A DNA stretch of 64,000 nucleotides from Candidatus Thorarchaeota archaeon. Its GTDB lineage: Archaea > Asgardarchaeota > Thorarchaeia > Thorarchaeales > Thorarchaeaceae. Positions 10,421-18,491 of this stretch are shown here, in pieces (the first letter of the stretch is position 1; every line of letters begins with the position of its first letter). Below the pieces are notes generated by a model. That model searched no databases. It saw only the letters and a program-made list of their open reading frames with translations, and was not told the origin of the DNA. The translations under genes and the position numbers were made by a program. The DNA is taken from positions 5,526 through 69,525 of the forward strand of contig JBHLRZ010000016.1 in assembly GCA_048882045.1 (NCBI GenBank), read 5' to 3'.

Positions 10421-10521
10421 TTCCAACCTCTCCTTTTCTTTTCTCTATACGAGATTTGTGCAATCATACGACGCCTTAAAAGAGGCGACTTGTAGATAAT
10501 TAATTCCTAGTGGTGGTTAAA

Positions 10522-11841
10522 ATGCAGGCGTATCTCCCCAGTGCGGATCTAATTATCAAAATACTACTAGGGTTTGTCGTTGGAGCCCTCATTGGACTTG
10601 AACGACAAAAGAAGATACAGTCCGAGAGGGTTGCTGGAGTCCGTTCCTTTGGTCTGCATAGCCTCTTTGGTACTCTTGCTGCCTATTCCTACCAAATACT
10701 CAGTGAACCAGTGATTCTTGTCTATGCTATCGTAATTTCAGGAATCCTTGTGACAACACAAATCTACTACAAGATGTTCAGGACTATGGGGAAGGGGCTA
10801 ACAACACCACTTGTGTTTGCAATCTCATTTGTTCTCGGGATTATTGTAGGTCTTGATACTCCTCCAGTGGGTCAACTTGTAGGCACACTTGGCGTCTTTG
10901 CAATGACCGTTTCATTTGGGGTGTTCCTTGTTCTCAGCTTCAAGGAGGAACTAGCTCATGCTGTTGAAGTAATTACCAGAGATGAGATGATCAGTGCTGT
11001 AGAATTGGGAGTCATCATTCTATTCCTATGGCCAATACTTCCACAGACTGTTCAAATAGGTCCTGTTGTGTTTCCAGCGTTTCAGACATACTTACTCATT
11101 GTCATACTTCTGATAGTGAGTTTTGTGAACTATATCTTAGTCAAGAAATACAAGGACAGGGGTGTCTACTTCTTTGGACTGTTCGGAGGACTAGCCAATA
11201 GTGAGGCTACGGTTTCTAGTGTGACAGACTTCTATGTCAAAACCGAGAGGAAAGGTCTTGGAAGGATTAGTGGGTCAATACTATTTGCAAATGTAGCAAT
11301 GGTTCTAAGAAACGGATTCCTACTTCTACTCATTGATAACACATTGCTGTTGCTACGTCTCTACCTAATACCAATCTGCATCATGCTAATCATCAGTGTG
11401 ATGAAGCTAGTCATTGAGAGTAGAAAAGAGGATCACAAGAGTGAGCCTATGTTCGATACTCGGTTAGTTTCTCCATTCGAGTTTGGACCAGCATTGAGGT
11501 TCGGAGCGATATTCGTTGCAGTCTATCTGACTCAACTCTTTTTCACAGAGTTCTATAGTGATGCCGGTCTTGTTCTGGCAGCAATCATCGGTGGATTTGT
11601 TTCGGCTGGAGCTGTAGTTGCTAGCTCAGCAAGTCTCTTTATAGCTGGAGAGGTCAGTCTTTCAGTCGCAGCGAATGCTGTTATTCTCACTACTATAGTT
11701 TCAGTTCTGAACAAGATGATCTACGTTTATTTCGCAGACCGCGAAACCACACTTCTTAGATCGGTTGCTCGAGATTCTGTAGTCGTAGCAGTTGCCATTT
11801 TCCTCTACCTCATTCTGCTATCACTCGGACTTATAGCCTAG
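10522..11841 (+). CDS. MgtC/SapB family membrane protein with DUF4010 domain
   Basis: GALIGLER, AGVRSF, GLTT, GGLANSEA, SPFEFGPALRFG; many TM helices. Confidence 0.88.
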   Translation: MQAYLPSADLIIKILLGFVVGALIGLERQKKIQSERVAGVRSFGLHSLFGTLAAYSYQILSEPVILVYAIVISGILVTTQIYYKMFRTMGKGLTTPLVFAISFVLGIIVGLDTPPVGQLVGTLGVFAMTVSFGVFLVLSFKEELAHAVEVITRDEMISAVELGVIILFLWPILPQTVQIGPVVFPAFQTYLLIVILLIVSFVNYILVKKYKDRGVYFFGLFGGLANSEATVSSVTDFYVKTERKGLGRISGSILFANVAMVLRNGFLLLLIDNTLLLLRLYLIPICIMLIISVMKLVIESRKEDHKSEPMFDTRLVSPFEFGPALRFGAIFVAVYLTQLFFTEFYSDAGLVLAAIIGGFVSAGAVVASSASLFIAGEVSLSVAANAVILTTIVSVLNKMIYVYFADRETTLLRSVARDSVVVAVAIFLYLILLSLGLIA

Positions 11842-11882
11842 GTCCAACACAACACTTAAAGAAGAAACGACCAGACTCCATG

Positions 11883-11979
11883 TTGGTGACCAATGTGACA
11901 GGTGAATTTGTTCATCCAAATGAATAGCCTTAGTGCAACCACCGTCACCTCTTCTCGTTACCAATTTGTTTTCTGGAGG
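11883..11979 (+). promoter_or_regulatory. Structured 5' leader of hisS (candidate cis-regulatory RNA)
   Basis: Nested helices 11883-11890/11957-11964, 11895-11904/11940-11948 and 11908-11915/11920-11927; SD GGAGG 11975-11979. Confidence 0.45.
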
Positions 11980-11986
11980 AATCAAG

Positions 11987-13297
11987 ATGAGTGAGATGAG
12001 AACAGTCAGAGGTATGAGAGACCTCATGGGTCAAGAGATGCAGGTCAAGAATTACCTCATGGCTATAGCTGTGGAAATCTTTGAACAGTATGGCTACGAA
12101 CCCCTAGATTCACCAGTAATGGAACTCTGGGAAACATTGTCAGCAAAAGGTGGAGAAGAGGTCGAGGAGCAAACTTTCAAGTTCTTAGACAAGGGAAACC
12201 GAGAGGTCGGTCTTAGATTTGACCTTACTGTCCCCCTTGCACGAATAGTGGCAACAAATCTACATCTGCCCAAGCCATTCAAGCGCTATGCACTCGGTAA
12301 AGCATGGAGATATGATCGACCTCAAGCTGGTCGCTATCGAGAGTTTGAGCAGGCTGATGTGGATGTCATCGGCTCAGAGAGTCCAGCGGCGGACGCAGAG
12401 GTCGTCCTTATCGCCATAGAGTTCCTTCGTAGAGTTCTTGGTGAAGACTATCTAATTCAAATCAACAATCGAAAGGTTCTCCGTGGAATGACTGAGAAAG
12501 CTGGTGTTCCTGAAAACCAAGCTTTCGAGTGCTTTAGAGCGATTGACAAACTGGATAAGATTGGGCGAGATGGAGTCTTGAAAGAACTGCAGGAGAGAGG
12601 TATAGATCCTAAGCAGAGTGCATTTCTCATCGATGCAATCGCCATCAAAGGTAGTGGAACTGAAACCCTACAGAGGTTCAGAAACCTCTTGAAGGGATCA
12701 GAGATAGGAAATGAAGGCGTCGATGAACTGTCCCTCATGGCAGAAATCTTCGAAGAGAGTGGAGTAGGCGAACTAGTAGAATTTGACATGTCACTCGCAA
12801 GGGGATTAGACTATTACACCGGTCCAGTGTTCGAAGGAAGATATCTTGGGAAACCAGCCGTCGGTGCCATCCTTGGAGGTGGTCGATACGACCGTCTTAT
12901 AGAGAAGTTCGGAGGTCAGGAAACTGCAGCCACGGGCATCTCATTGGGAATTGGACGACTTATTGAAGTAGTAATAGCTCGTGGCGGAGCAAAAGACTTG
13001 ACAAAACCTCTCGACGTCTTTATCGCACCTATCAAGAGACCAATGTTGCGATATGCCGCCGCACTCCAGACCGACTTGATTAGGAATGGGATTTCATGTG
13101 AAGTTGATTTGATGGAAAGACCCCTGAAAAAGCTCCTCCAACAAGCAGACACAAAGAATGCAAGATTCACTGTGATTGTTGGAGAGAGGGATATAGCGAA
13201 AGGCGAGGTAAGTGTGCGAAACATGTCTACGAAAGAAACAGACCAAGTCAAGTTGAATAACCTCACATCTTACATACTAGAAAAATCTCAATCTTAG
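11987..13297 (+). CDS. hisS: Histidine--tRNA ligase
   Basis: LRFDLTVPLAR, GRYREFEQAD, ARGLDYYTG, GGGRYD; C-terminal anticodon-binding domain. Confidence 0.97.
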   Translation: MSEMRTVRGMRDLMGQEMQVKNYLMAIAVEIFEQYGYEPLDSPVMELWETLSAKGGEEVEEQTFKFLDKGNREVGLRFDLTVPLARIVATNLHLPKPFKRYALGKAWRYDRPQAGRYREFEQADVDVIGSESPAADAEVVLIAIEFLRRVLGEDYLIQINNRKVLRGMTEKAGVPENQAFECFRAIDKLDKIGRDGVLKELQERGIDPKQSAFLIDAIAIKGSGTETLQRFRNLLKGSEIGNEGVDELSLMAEIFEESGVGELVEFDMSLARGLDYYTGPVFEGRYLGKPAVGAILGGGRYDRLIEKFGGQETAATGISLGIGRLIEVVIARGGAKDLTKPLDVFIAPIKRPMLRYAAALQTDLIRNGISCEVDLMERPLKKLLQQADTKNARFTVIVGERDIAKGEVSVRNMSTKETDQVKLNNLTSYILEKSQS

Positions 13298-13383
13298 TTC
13301 TAGAGGGGAGGTTTCTCTGACTCAAAGGGTTGAGGAGACCAAATCCTTTTCTCATAGTTTGTGATAGATTCTCTGGGATTGCC

Positions 13384-14223
13384 ATGGTTCGAATGCCTGT
13401 ACGAGCTGGAAGCTTCTATGAAGGGCAAGAAGATTTGCTACTTGAGAGAATCAGGAACTGTTTCTTGGGGCCATTAGGACCTGGAAAACTCCCTGAAGGA
13501 GAACCCGGATCGACCAGGTCTATAAAAGCAGTTGTCAGTCCACATGCTGGCTACATGTATTCAGGAATGCCTGCTGCTCATTCATATCTCAAGATTTTCG
13601 AAGACGGGATACCTGAACACATTGTAGTTTTAGGTCCAAATCATACAGGAATGGGTGCTAGACTTGCGGTTTGCAATGAAGACTGGCAGACTCCGTTAGG
13701 AACAATTGGATTCGATGGAGTGCTAGGAGCAGCCATAGTTGAAGAAGACCAATTTGCATCGAACGACTGCATCGCTCATAGTAACGAGCATTCAATTGAA
13801 GTGCAGGTCCCCTTCATGCAATACACATTTGGACCCGGGGTGCCATTCGTACCAATTTGTGTTTCAGACCAGTCTTACGCAGTGTGTGAGTCAATTGGGA
13901 TGACCTTGGCCCGACTTGCGGAAGAGATGGACATTCTAGTTATTGCAAGCTCAGACTTCACGCACTTTGAGTCAGCCGAGAGTGCAAGAAAGAAAGACAA
14001 CCAGGCATTGGAGTATCTTGAGTTTCTGGATCCTGAAGGATTCTTGTCATTTGTGCAGGGGCATCGAGTTAGTATCTGTGGTGCAGGACCAATTGCAGCA
14101 GCTATGGTCTTTGCGAAAGAGAGAGGTGCAACTCAGTTCAAGTTGTTGAAGTACACGACCTCGGGAGACATTACAGACGACAACTCAAGTGTTGTTGCGT
14201 ATGTAGCTGCAACTATAGCTTAG
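13384..14223 (+). CDS. amrB: AmmeMemoRadiSam system protein B (MEMO1 family)
   Basis: RAGSFY, SPHAGYMYSG, GPNHTG, EHSIEVQ, ASSDFTH, CGAGP. Confidence 0.93.
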   Translation: MVRMPVRAGSFYEGQEDLLLERIRNCFLGPLGPGKLPEGEPGSTRSIKAVVSPHAGYMYSGMPAAHSYLKIFEDGIPEHIVVLGPNHTGMGARLAVCNEDWQTPLGTIGFDGVLGAAIVEEDQFASNDCIAHSNEHSIEVQVPFMQYTFGPGVPFVPICVSDQSYAVCESIGMTLARLAEEMDILVIASSDFTHFESAESARKKDNQALEYLEFLDPEGFLSFVQGHRVSICGAGPIAAAMVFAKERGATQFKLLKYTTSGDITDDNSSVVAYVAATIA

Positions 14224-14251
14224 ATCAGTCGGATCCTACAAGTTCGATTTG

Positions 14252-15505
14252 TTAATCAGTCACACATGTTTCTTCGCTTGAACTGCCTGGAAGCAACACA
14301 GCAGCTACGACACCTCCTGCGACTGAAACACCACCAGCAATCGCAAGGCTCAAGGCTGCAGTACCAGTTTCATCAAATATGTAACCACCGATAAGCGGAC
14401 TGACGGCATAGGCGCTGTTACTTACAGCTCCGAACACACCCATCATGACTCCATACGCACTTGGGTCTGTCACATCTGCAATCAACGCTTGGATTGCTGG
14501 ACCCCGCATGGACATCCCAATTGACAGTACGATTCCTGCAATCAGAAGGTCGATAGTTGTCTGTGCTAAGATGAACATACCCATGGCTCCAGCACCAATC
14601 ATTGCTCCAATCACAATGAGCCACTTACGACCTCGTATGTCCGAGAGTTTCCCGAATCCAACATTACCAATCATCATTGATATACCAATGACTCCAAAGA
14701 AAAGACCGATCTCATATGGTTCTAAGCCGATGTTAATCACAGCATCAAGCATGAAAGCGACTTCCAATATTCCCATGGCAAACATGTTTGCGAACATGGC
14801 AACACCAAGAGCTCCATAGCAAGCACGAGCTCGATTAACTATCTCACGTATTGGAATCTTAGGTGTGACTTTCTTGATTGTCTTTTTAACTGGCTCTTCA
14901 ACTAAGATATATAGAAGGACCATTGTAAGGAGTGTCGCAATCCCAGCTAGAATGAATGGCACCCTAATACCTAGAAATTGTGCGAGAAATCCACCAAGTG
15001 CGGGACCTACTACGAAACCCACCATGTTACCCATTGAGAGATAGCCCATTGCAGTACCTCTATTCTTTGGAGTAGTTACGTCTGAAACAAGAGCATTAGC
15101 TGCAGGAAAGAAACCTGCAGAAACTGCACCTTCCACAGAACGGGCTCCAATCATTACGATGACATCGTATGCGTAAGCATATACAATGTTCGAGAAAGCA
15201 AATCCCAGAAGAGCTACTATCAAGACAGGTTTTCTACCCACTCTGTCTGAAAGCCGTCCTAAAGGTCCAGCCAGGATAATTCGTGCGATGGCAAACGAAG
15301 CAGCAAGAACTCCAAGTTCAATACCGGCCATTCCCATAGATTCAATGTAATAGGGAAAGATTGGGGCAACAAGACCAAAACCGATTTGCAGGATACTGAG
15401 TGATATCGCTAACATCCATACCTGATACATTCCACCAGACTTCTCGTTAGTATCAATATCGAGTCCACCAATCACTGGCGCTGCAACTTCGGTTTCAGGG
15501 TCCAT
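14252..15505 (-). CDS. MFS transporter (DHA1/TetA-like)
   Basis: GRLSDRVGRK motif A in both halves; 12 TM. Confidence 0.93.
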   Translation of the reverse strand: MDPETEVAAPVIGGLDIDTNEKSGGMYQVWMLAISLSILQIGFGLVAPIFPYYIESMGMAGIELGVLAASFAIARIILAGPLGRLSDRVGRKPVLIVALLGFAFSNIVYAYAYDVIVMIGARSVEGAVSAGFFPAANALVSDVTTPKNRGTAMGYLSMGNMVGFVVGPALGGFLAQFLGIRVPFILAGIATLLTMVLLYILVEEPVKKTIKKVTPKIPIREIVNRARACYGALGVAMFANMFAMGILEVAFMLDAVINIGLEPYEIGLFFGVIGISMMIGNVGFGKLSDIRGRKWLIVIGAMIGAGAMGMFILAQTTIDLLIAGIVLSIGMSMRGPAIQALIADVTDPSAYGVMMGVFGAVSNSAYAVSPLIGGYIFDETGTAALSLAIAGGVSVAGGVVAAVLLPGSSSEETCVTD

Positions 15506-15569
15506 TAGGTTTTCACTCTAAGTTTCGCAAGACCTTAGCCTTTTCAAGCTTCGCAATAAGGATAGCAAA

Positions 15570-16085
15570 TCACTTGTCAATTATGACCTTTCGAACTCCT
15601 TTGATCTCTGACAGGGTCTCTATCACTCGACCCGGAAGTGGATCTTGAGTGACTACTTTGAGACATGGTTCTTGGTATATAGCAACATCTTCTGCAAGCA
15701 CTTGCCGTATAGCGATACCGTACCCAGCTATCATCGATGTTACTTCAGAGAGAATTCCTGGTGTTTCAGGAGATTCTACGAGGATTGTCACAACACCATA
15801 TCCCATCACTTTTCGAACTCGTTCAAGGGACGGACCTGCAGGTCTCAAAAGAGAAAAGAATTCACAGATCTCGGAGTCTTCAGCTTGACAAATGTCCTCC
15901 GTTGTAGCTCTGACCGTCCTTCGGTCAATCCCCAAAGCATTCCCCAGAGATTTCAACGGAATCCTGATGTCACCACACTTGATCACACCTGGAGCTTCAA
16001 CATGGAACCCATGCCTTACAATCGCCTCGGCTACCTTCAGTCTTTGGGGAGACTCGCTAAAATAGTCAACAATCTTACGCCACAT
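15570..16085 (-). CDS. Archaeal ACT-domain amino-acid-binding regulator
   Basis: GIDRRTV HTH-like segment, then PGILSEVTSMIAGYGIAIRQ ACT domain. Confidence 0.85.
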   Translation of the reverse strand: MWRKIVDYFSESPQRLKVAEAIVRHGFHVEAPGVIKCGDIRIPLKSLGNALGIDRRTVRATTEDICQAEDSEICEFFSLLRPAGPSLERVRKVMGYGVVTILVESPETPGILSEVTSMIAGYGIAIRQVLAEDVAIYQEPCLKVVTQDPLPGRVIETLSEIKGVRKVIIDK

Positions 16086-16101
16086 GGGTTTACACCCACA
16101 T

Positions 16102-16638
16102 CTATTCCTCTATCAGCTCTTTTTCCATAAGCACTTCGTCTATAAAGCCCTTCGGCATGTTGAAATGAGCCTTTCTGATACCTACTGTAGTGTATCCGAG
16201 GGACTTGTAGAGGTGGATAGCTTTCTCATTGTTGGCAAAGGTGCTCAGAATGATTTTTGTGTACGCTTTCTTCATTGCGATTTCATGACCCGAAAGCATT
16301 AGAGCTCTTCCTACTCCGATGCCGCGACTCTCCTTTTTGACAATGACTCCGAGTTTTGCTACGTGTTGTGAGGCTTGCCACTCTTCAGGTTGGAGGGATA
16401 GATGTCCAGCATATTTGCCATCAATTCTGGCTACAAGGAGGATTTCCCTATTGTGATCTGTTCGTTCAATCCAGTGTGCCCAGTCTGTCACATGAGAATT
16501 AGGAGTGAATGTTGGAAACCACATGTGTTCTTCTACAACGCTCTTAAAACCTTCATGAAAATCGGGGGCATCATCCTTCATCGCCCTTCTTACTTTGATT
16601 AGGCGACCATCCTTTGATTGATACTCCCACACATGCAT
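16102..16638 (-). CDS. GNAT N-acetyltransferase
   Basis: RGIGVGRALM, NEKAIHLYKSLGY. Confidence 0.9.
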   Translation of the reverse strand: MHVWEYQSKDGRLIKVRRAMKDDAPDFHEGFKSVVEEHMWFPTFTPNSHVTDWAHWIERTDHNREILLVARIDGKYAGHLSLQPEEWQASQHVAKLGVIVKKESRGIGVGRALMLSGHEIAMKKAYTKIILSTFANNEKAIHLYKSLGYTTVGIRKAHFNMPKGFIDEVLMEKELIEE

Positions 16639-16702
16639 GCTCTACGCCAGTAAAAGGACATTCAGAGGCTAGAAAAAGCATTGCGGTGTGACAAAAAAAT
16701 AC

Positions 16703-17530
16703 TCATGGGGCCGGAGTAAGTAGAGGAAGGTCTACCCTCAATCCAGGTCTTGGGAGAGAACAGGTATAGACACGGTCTAGCTCAATGTAGGCAGTCGAAT
16801 TATTGATTTCTCTAAAGTGTCCCTTTAGTTGAAAAGCAGCGGGTTCAAGAGTCACTAGTGCAATTGCCACACGCATTCCATCTTTCAGTTCAAATCCGCG
16901 ACGCTTCTCTTCACCACGTTTCAAAACAATTCTGTTAGAAGAAACAGGTATCATTCCAAATTCAGGAAATGCTACAGGGTATCCATCATCTGAAATGTAT
17001 GCAATGATTTTAACTGCCGCCATCTTGGAGAAGCGCTGAAACACATTTAGTGGCATATTGCCTTCCTCTGTTTCTTTGGTAGGTACCTTGCTACCAACAA
17101 GCTTAGCTTTTAGAAATGCTGAGAGGACATTCAATTTTGATATGCCATACTTCTGGCTAGCCCAGATTGCTTCAGCAACCCCCGCACCACGCGCATTTGT
17201 ATAATTGTTATAGCGGAAGAGCGGTGTTTGTGCGATGAATTCATAGATTTCATCGTTGCGATGGTATGATTCGAAATCAGCTTTGATCAACCAACTATCA
17301 AGATCAGTCGTAAAGACCAAGATAGCCATCTTAGTATTCCCATCATTGACATTCTTTCGACTCTTGTAGGTCATGAAGTCACCATAGACCATAGTGCTAT
17401 CTCTATACACTGTCCATGACAAAACAGGAACAACATTTGGTTCACCCTCAGAATCCTTGGTAACCATGAATTTGGGTGTAAGAAATTCCTTCATTGCTTC
17501 AACGAGCTCATCGCTCAATATATCAACCAC
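16703..17530 (-). CDS. Tandem pyridoxamine 5'-phosphate oxidase-like (FMN-binding split barrel) protein
   Basis: Two repeats: 'TKDSEGEPNVVP...KSRKNV' and 'AYISDDGYPVAFP...FQLKGHF'; overlaps the activase stop. Confidence 0.75.
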   Translation of the reverse strand: MVDILSDELVEAMKEFLTPKFMVTKDSEGEPNVVPVLSWTVYRDSTMVYGDFMTYKSRKNVNDGNTKMAILVFTTDLDSWLIKADFESYHRNDEIYEFIAQTPLFRYNNYTNARGAGVAEAIWASQKYGISKLNVLSAFLKAKLVGSKVPTKETEEGNMPLNVFQRFSKMAAVKIIAYISDDGYPVAFPEFGMIPVSSNRIVLKRGEEKRRGFELKDGMRVAIALVTLEPAAFQLKGHFREINNSTAYIELDRVYTCSLPRPGLRVDLPLLTPAP

Positions 17531-18491
17531 AGGTCTTTACCTCCGAGTTCACAACTTCTTTCTTTGAATTCTTGGTCATTCCAGACCAAACAACGTTAGA
17601 AAGGCCTTCTTCGCGAGCCACCTCCGCAAGGTGTTCCATAGTTTCTTCCGTAATTAGGTCATAGTCCCTAAGGGGATATTCTAAATCGAAGAGAGCATAC
17701 TTGTCAATACACATCCGGTTGAAGGCAAGAAGGTCGAACCGTTCAACTTTGGGCATAGCTTCCATGATGAAACGAGCTATTGCTCTGATGTTCTCTTCGT
17801 TATCAGTATGTTCAGGAATTATTGGTGTCCTTATCCATACTGGCTTCCTACTCTGGCTGACTACCCGAGCATTTTCTAGAACTCTATCAATGGGAACTCC
17901 TGTATACAACTTGTGTTTTTCCGGGTCCATGACTTTCAAGTCATAAAGAACCATATCTACATACGGGAGTAGGTCTCGTAGAACCTTCTCACTGCAGTAT
18001 CCACATGTATCGAGGGCAACATGCACACCTTCCTTTTTCAGACCCTTTGCTATTTCAATAACAAATTCAGACTGGAAGGTTGCCTCGCCTCCAGAAAGAG
18101 TCACACCACCGTTCGAGGTTTCGAAGAATACCTTGTCACGAATTAGCTCCCTGACGAGATCATCTGAAGACCATTTCTTGCCCATAATCTTGACAGCACC
18201 TGTTGGACATTCATCCTCGCAAATTCCGCACACCAAACATTTGTCCCTGTCTATCTTGAGACCATCTGAAGTCATCTCGAGAGCTCCCTCAGGACAAGTA
18301 CGAACACACGCTTGATCATCAATGCACTTCACAGAGTACCAAACAACAATTGATTCAGGATCAATTGTTTCAATATTATGACACCACGTACATGACATTG
18401 GGCAGCCCTTAAGGAATACAGTTGTCCGTATGCCTGGACCATCCTCAGTAGAACACCTTTGGATATTGGTGATAATTCCAGATGTGGCCAT
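17523..18491 (-). CDS. Glycyl-radical enzyme activating enzyme (radical SAM, ferredoxin insert)
   Basis: DGPGIRTTVFLKGCPMSCTWCHN; CIDDQACVRTC and CLVCGICEDEC insert; GGVTLSGGE. Confidence 0.95.
   Translation of the reverse strand: MATSGIITNIQRCSTEDGPGIRTTVFLKGCPMSCTWCHNIETIDPESIVVWYSVKCIDDQACVRTCPEGALEMTSDGLKIDRDKCLVCGICEDECPTGAVKIMGKKWSSDDLVRELIRDKVFFETSNGGVTLSGGEATFQSEFVIEIAKGLKKEGVHVALDTCGYCSEKVLRDLLPYVDMVLYDLKVMDPEKHKLYTGVPIDRVLENARVVSQSRKPVWIRTPIIPEHTDNEENIRAIARFIMEAMPKVERFDLLAFNRMCIDKYALFDLEYPLRDYDLITEETMEHLAEVAREEGLSNVVWSGMTKNSKKEVVNSEVKTCG

Noticed and set aside
11883-11986. Canonical T-box riboswitch upstream of hisS
   Set aside because: No T-box consensus or terminator/antiterminator and the leader is short; kept only as an unknown structured leader.
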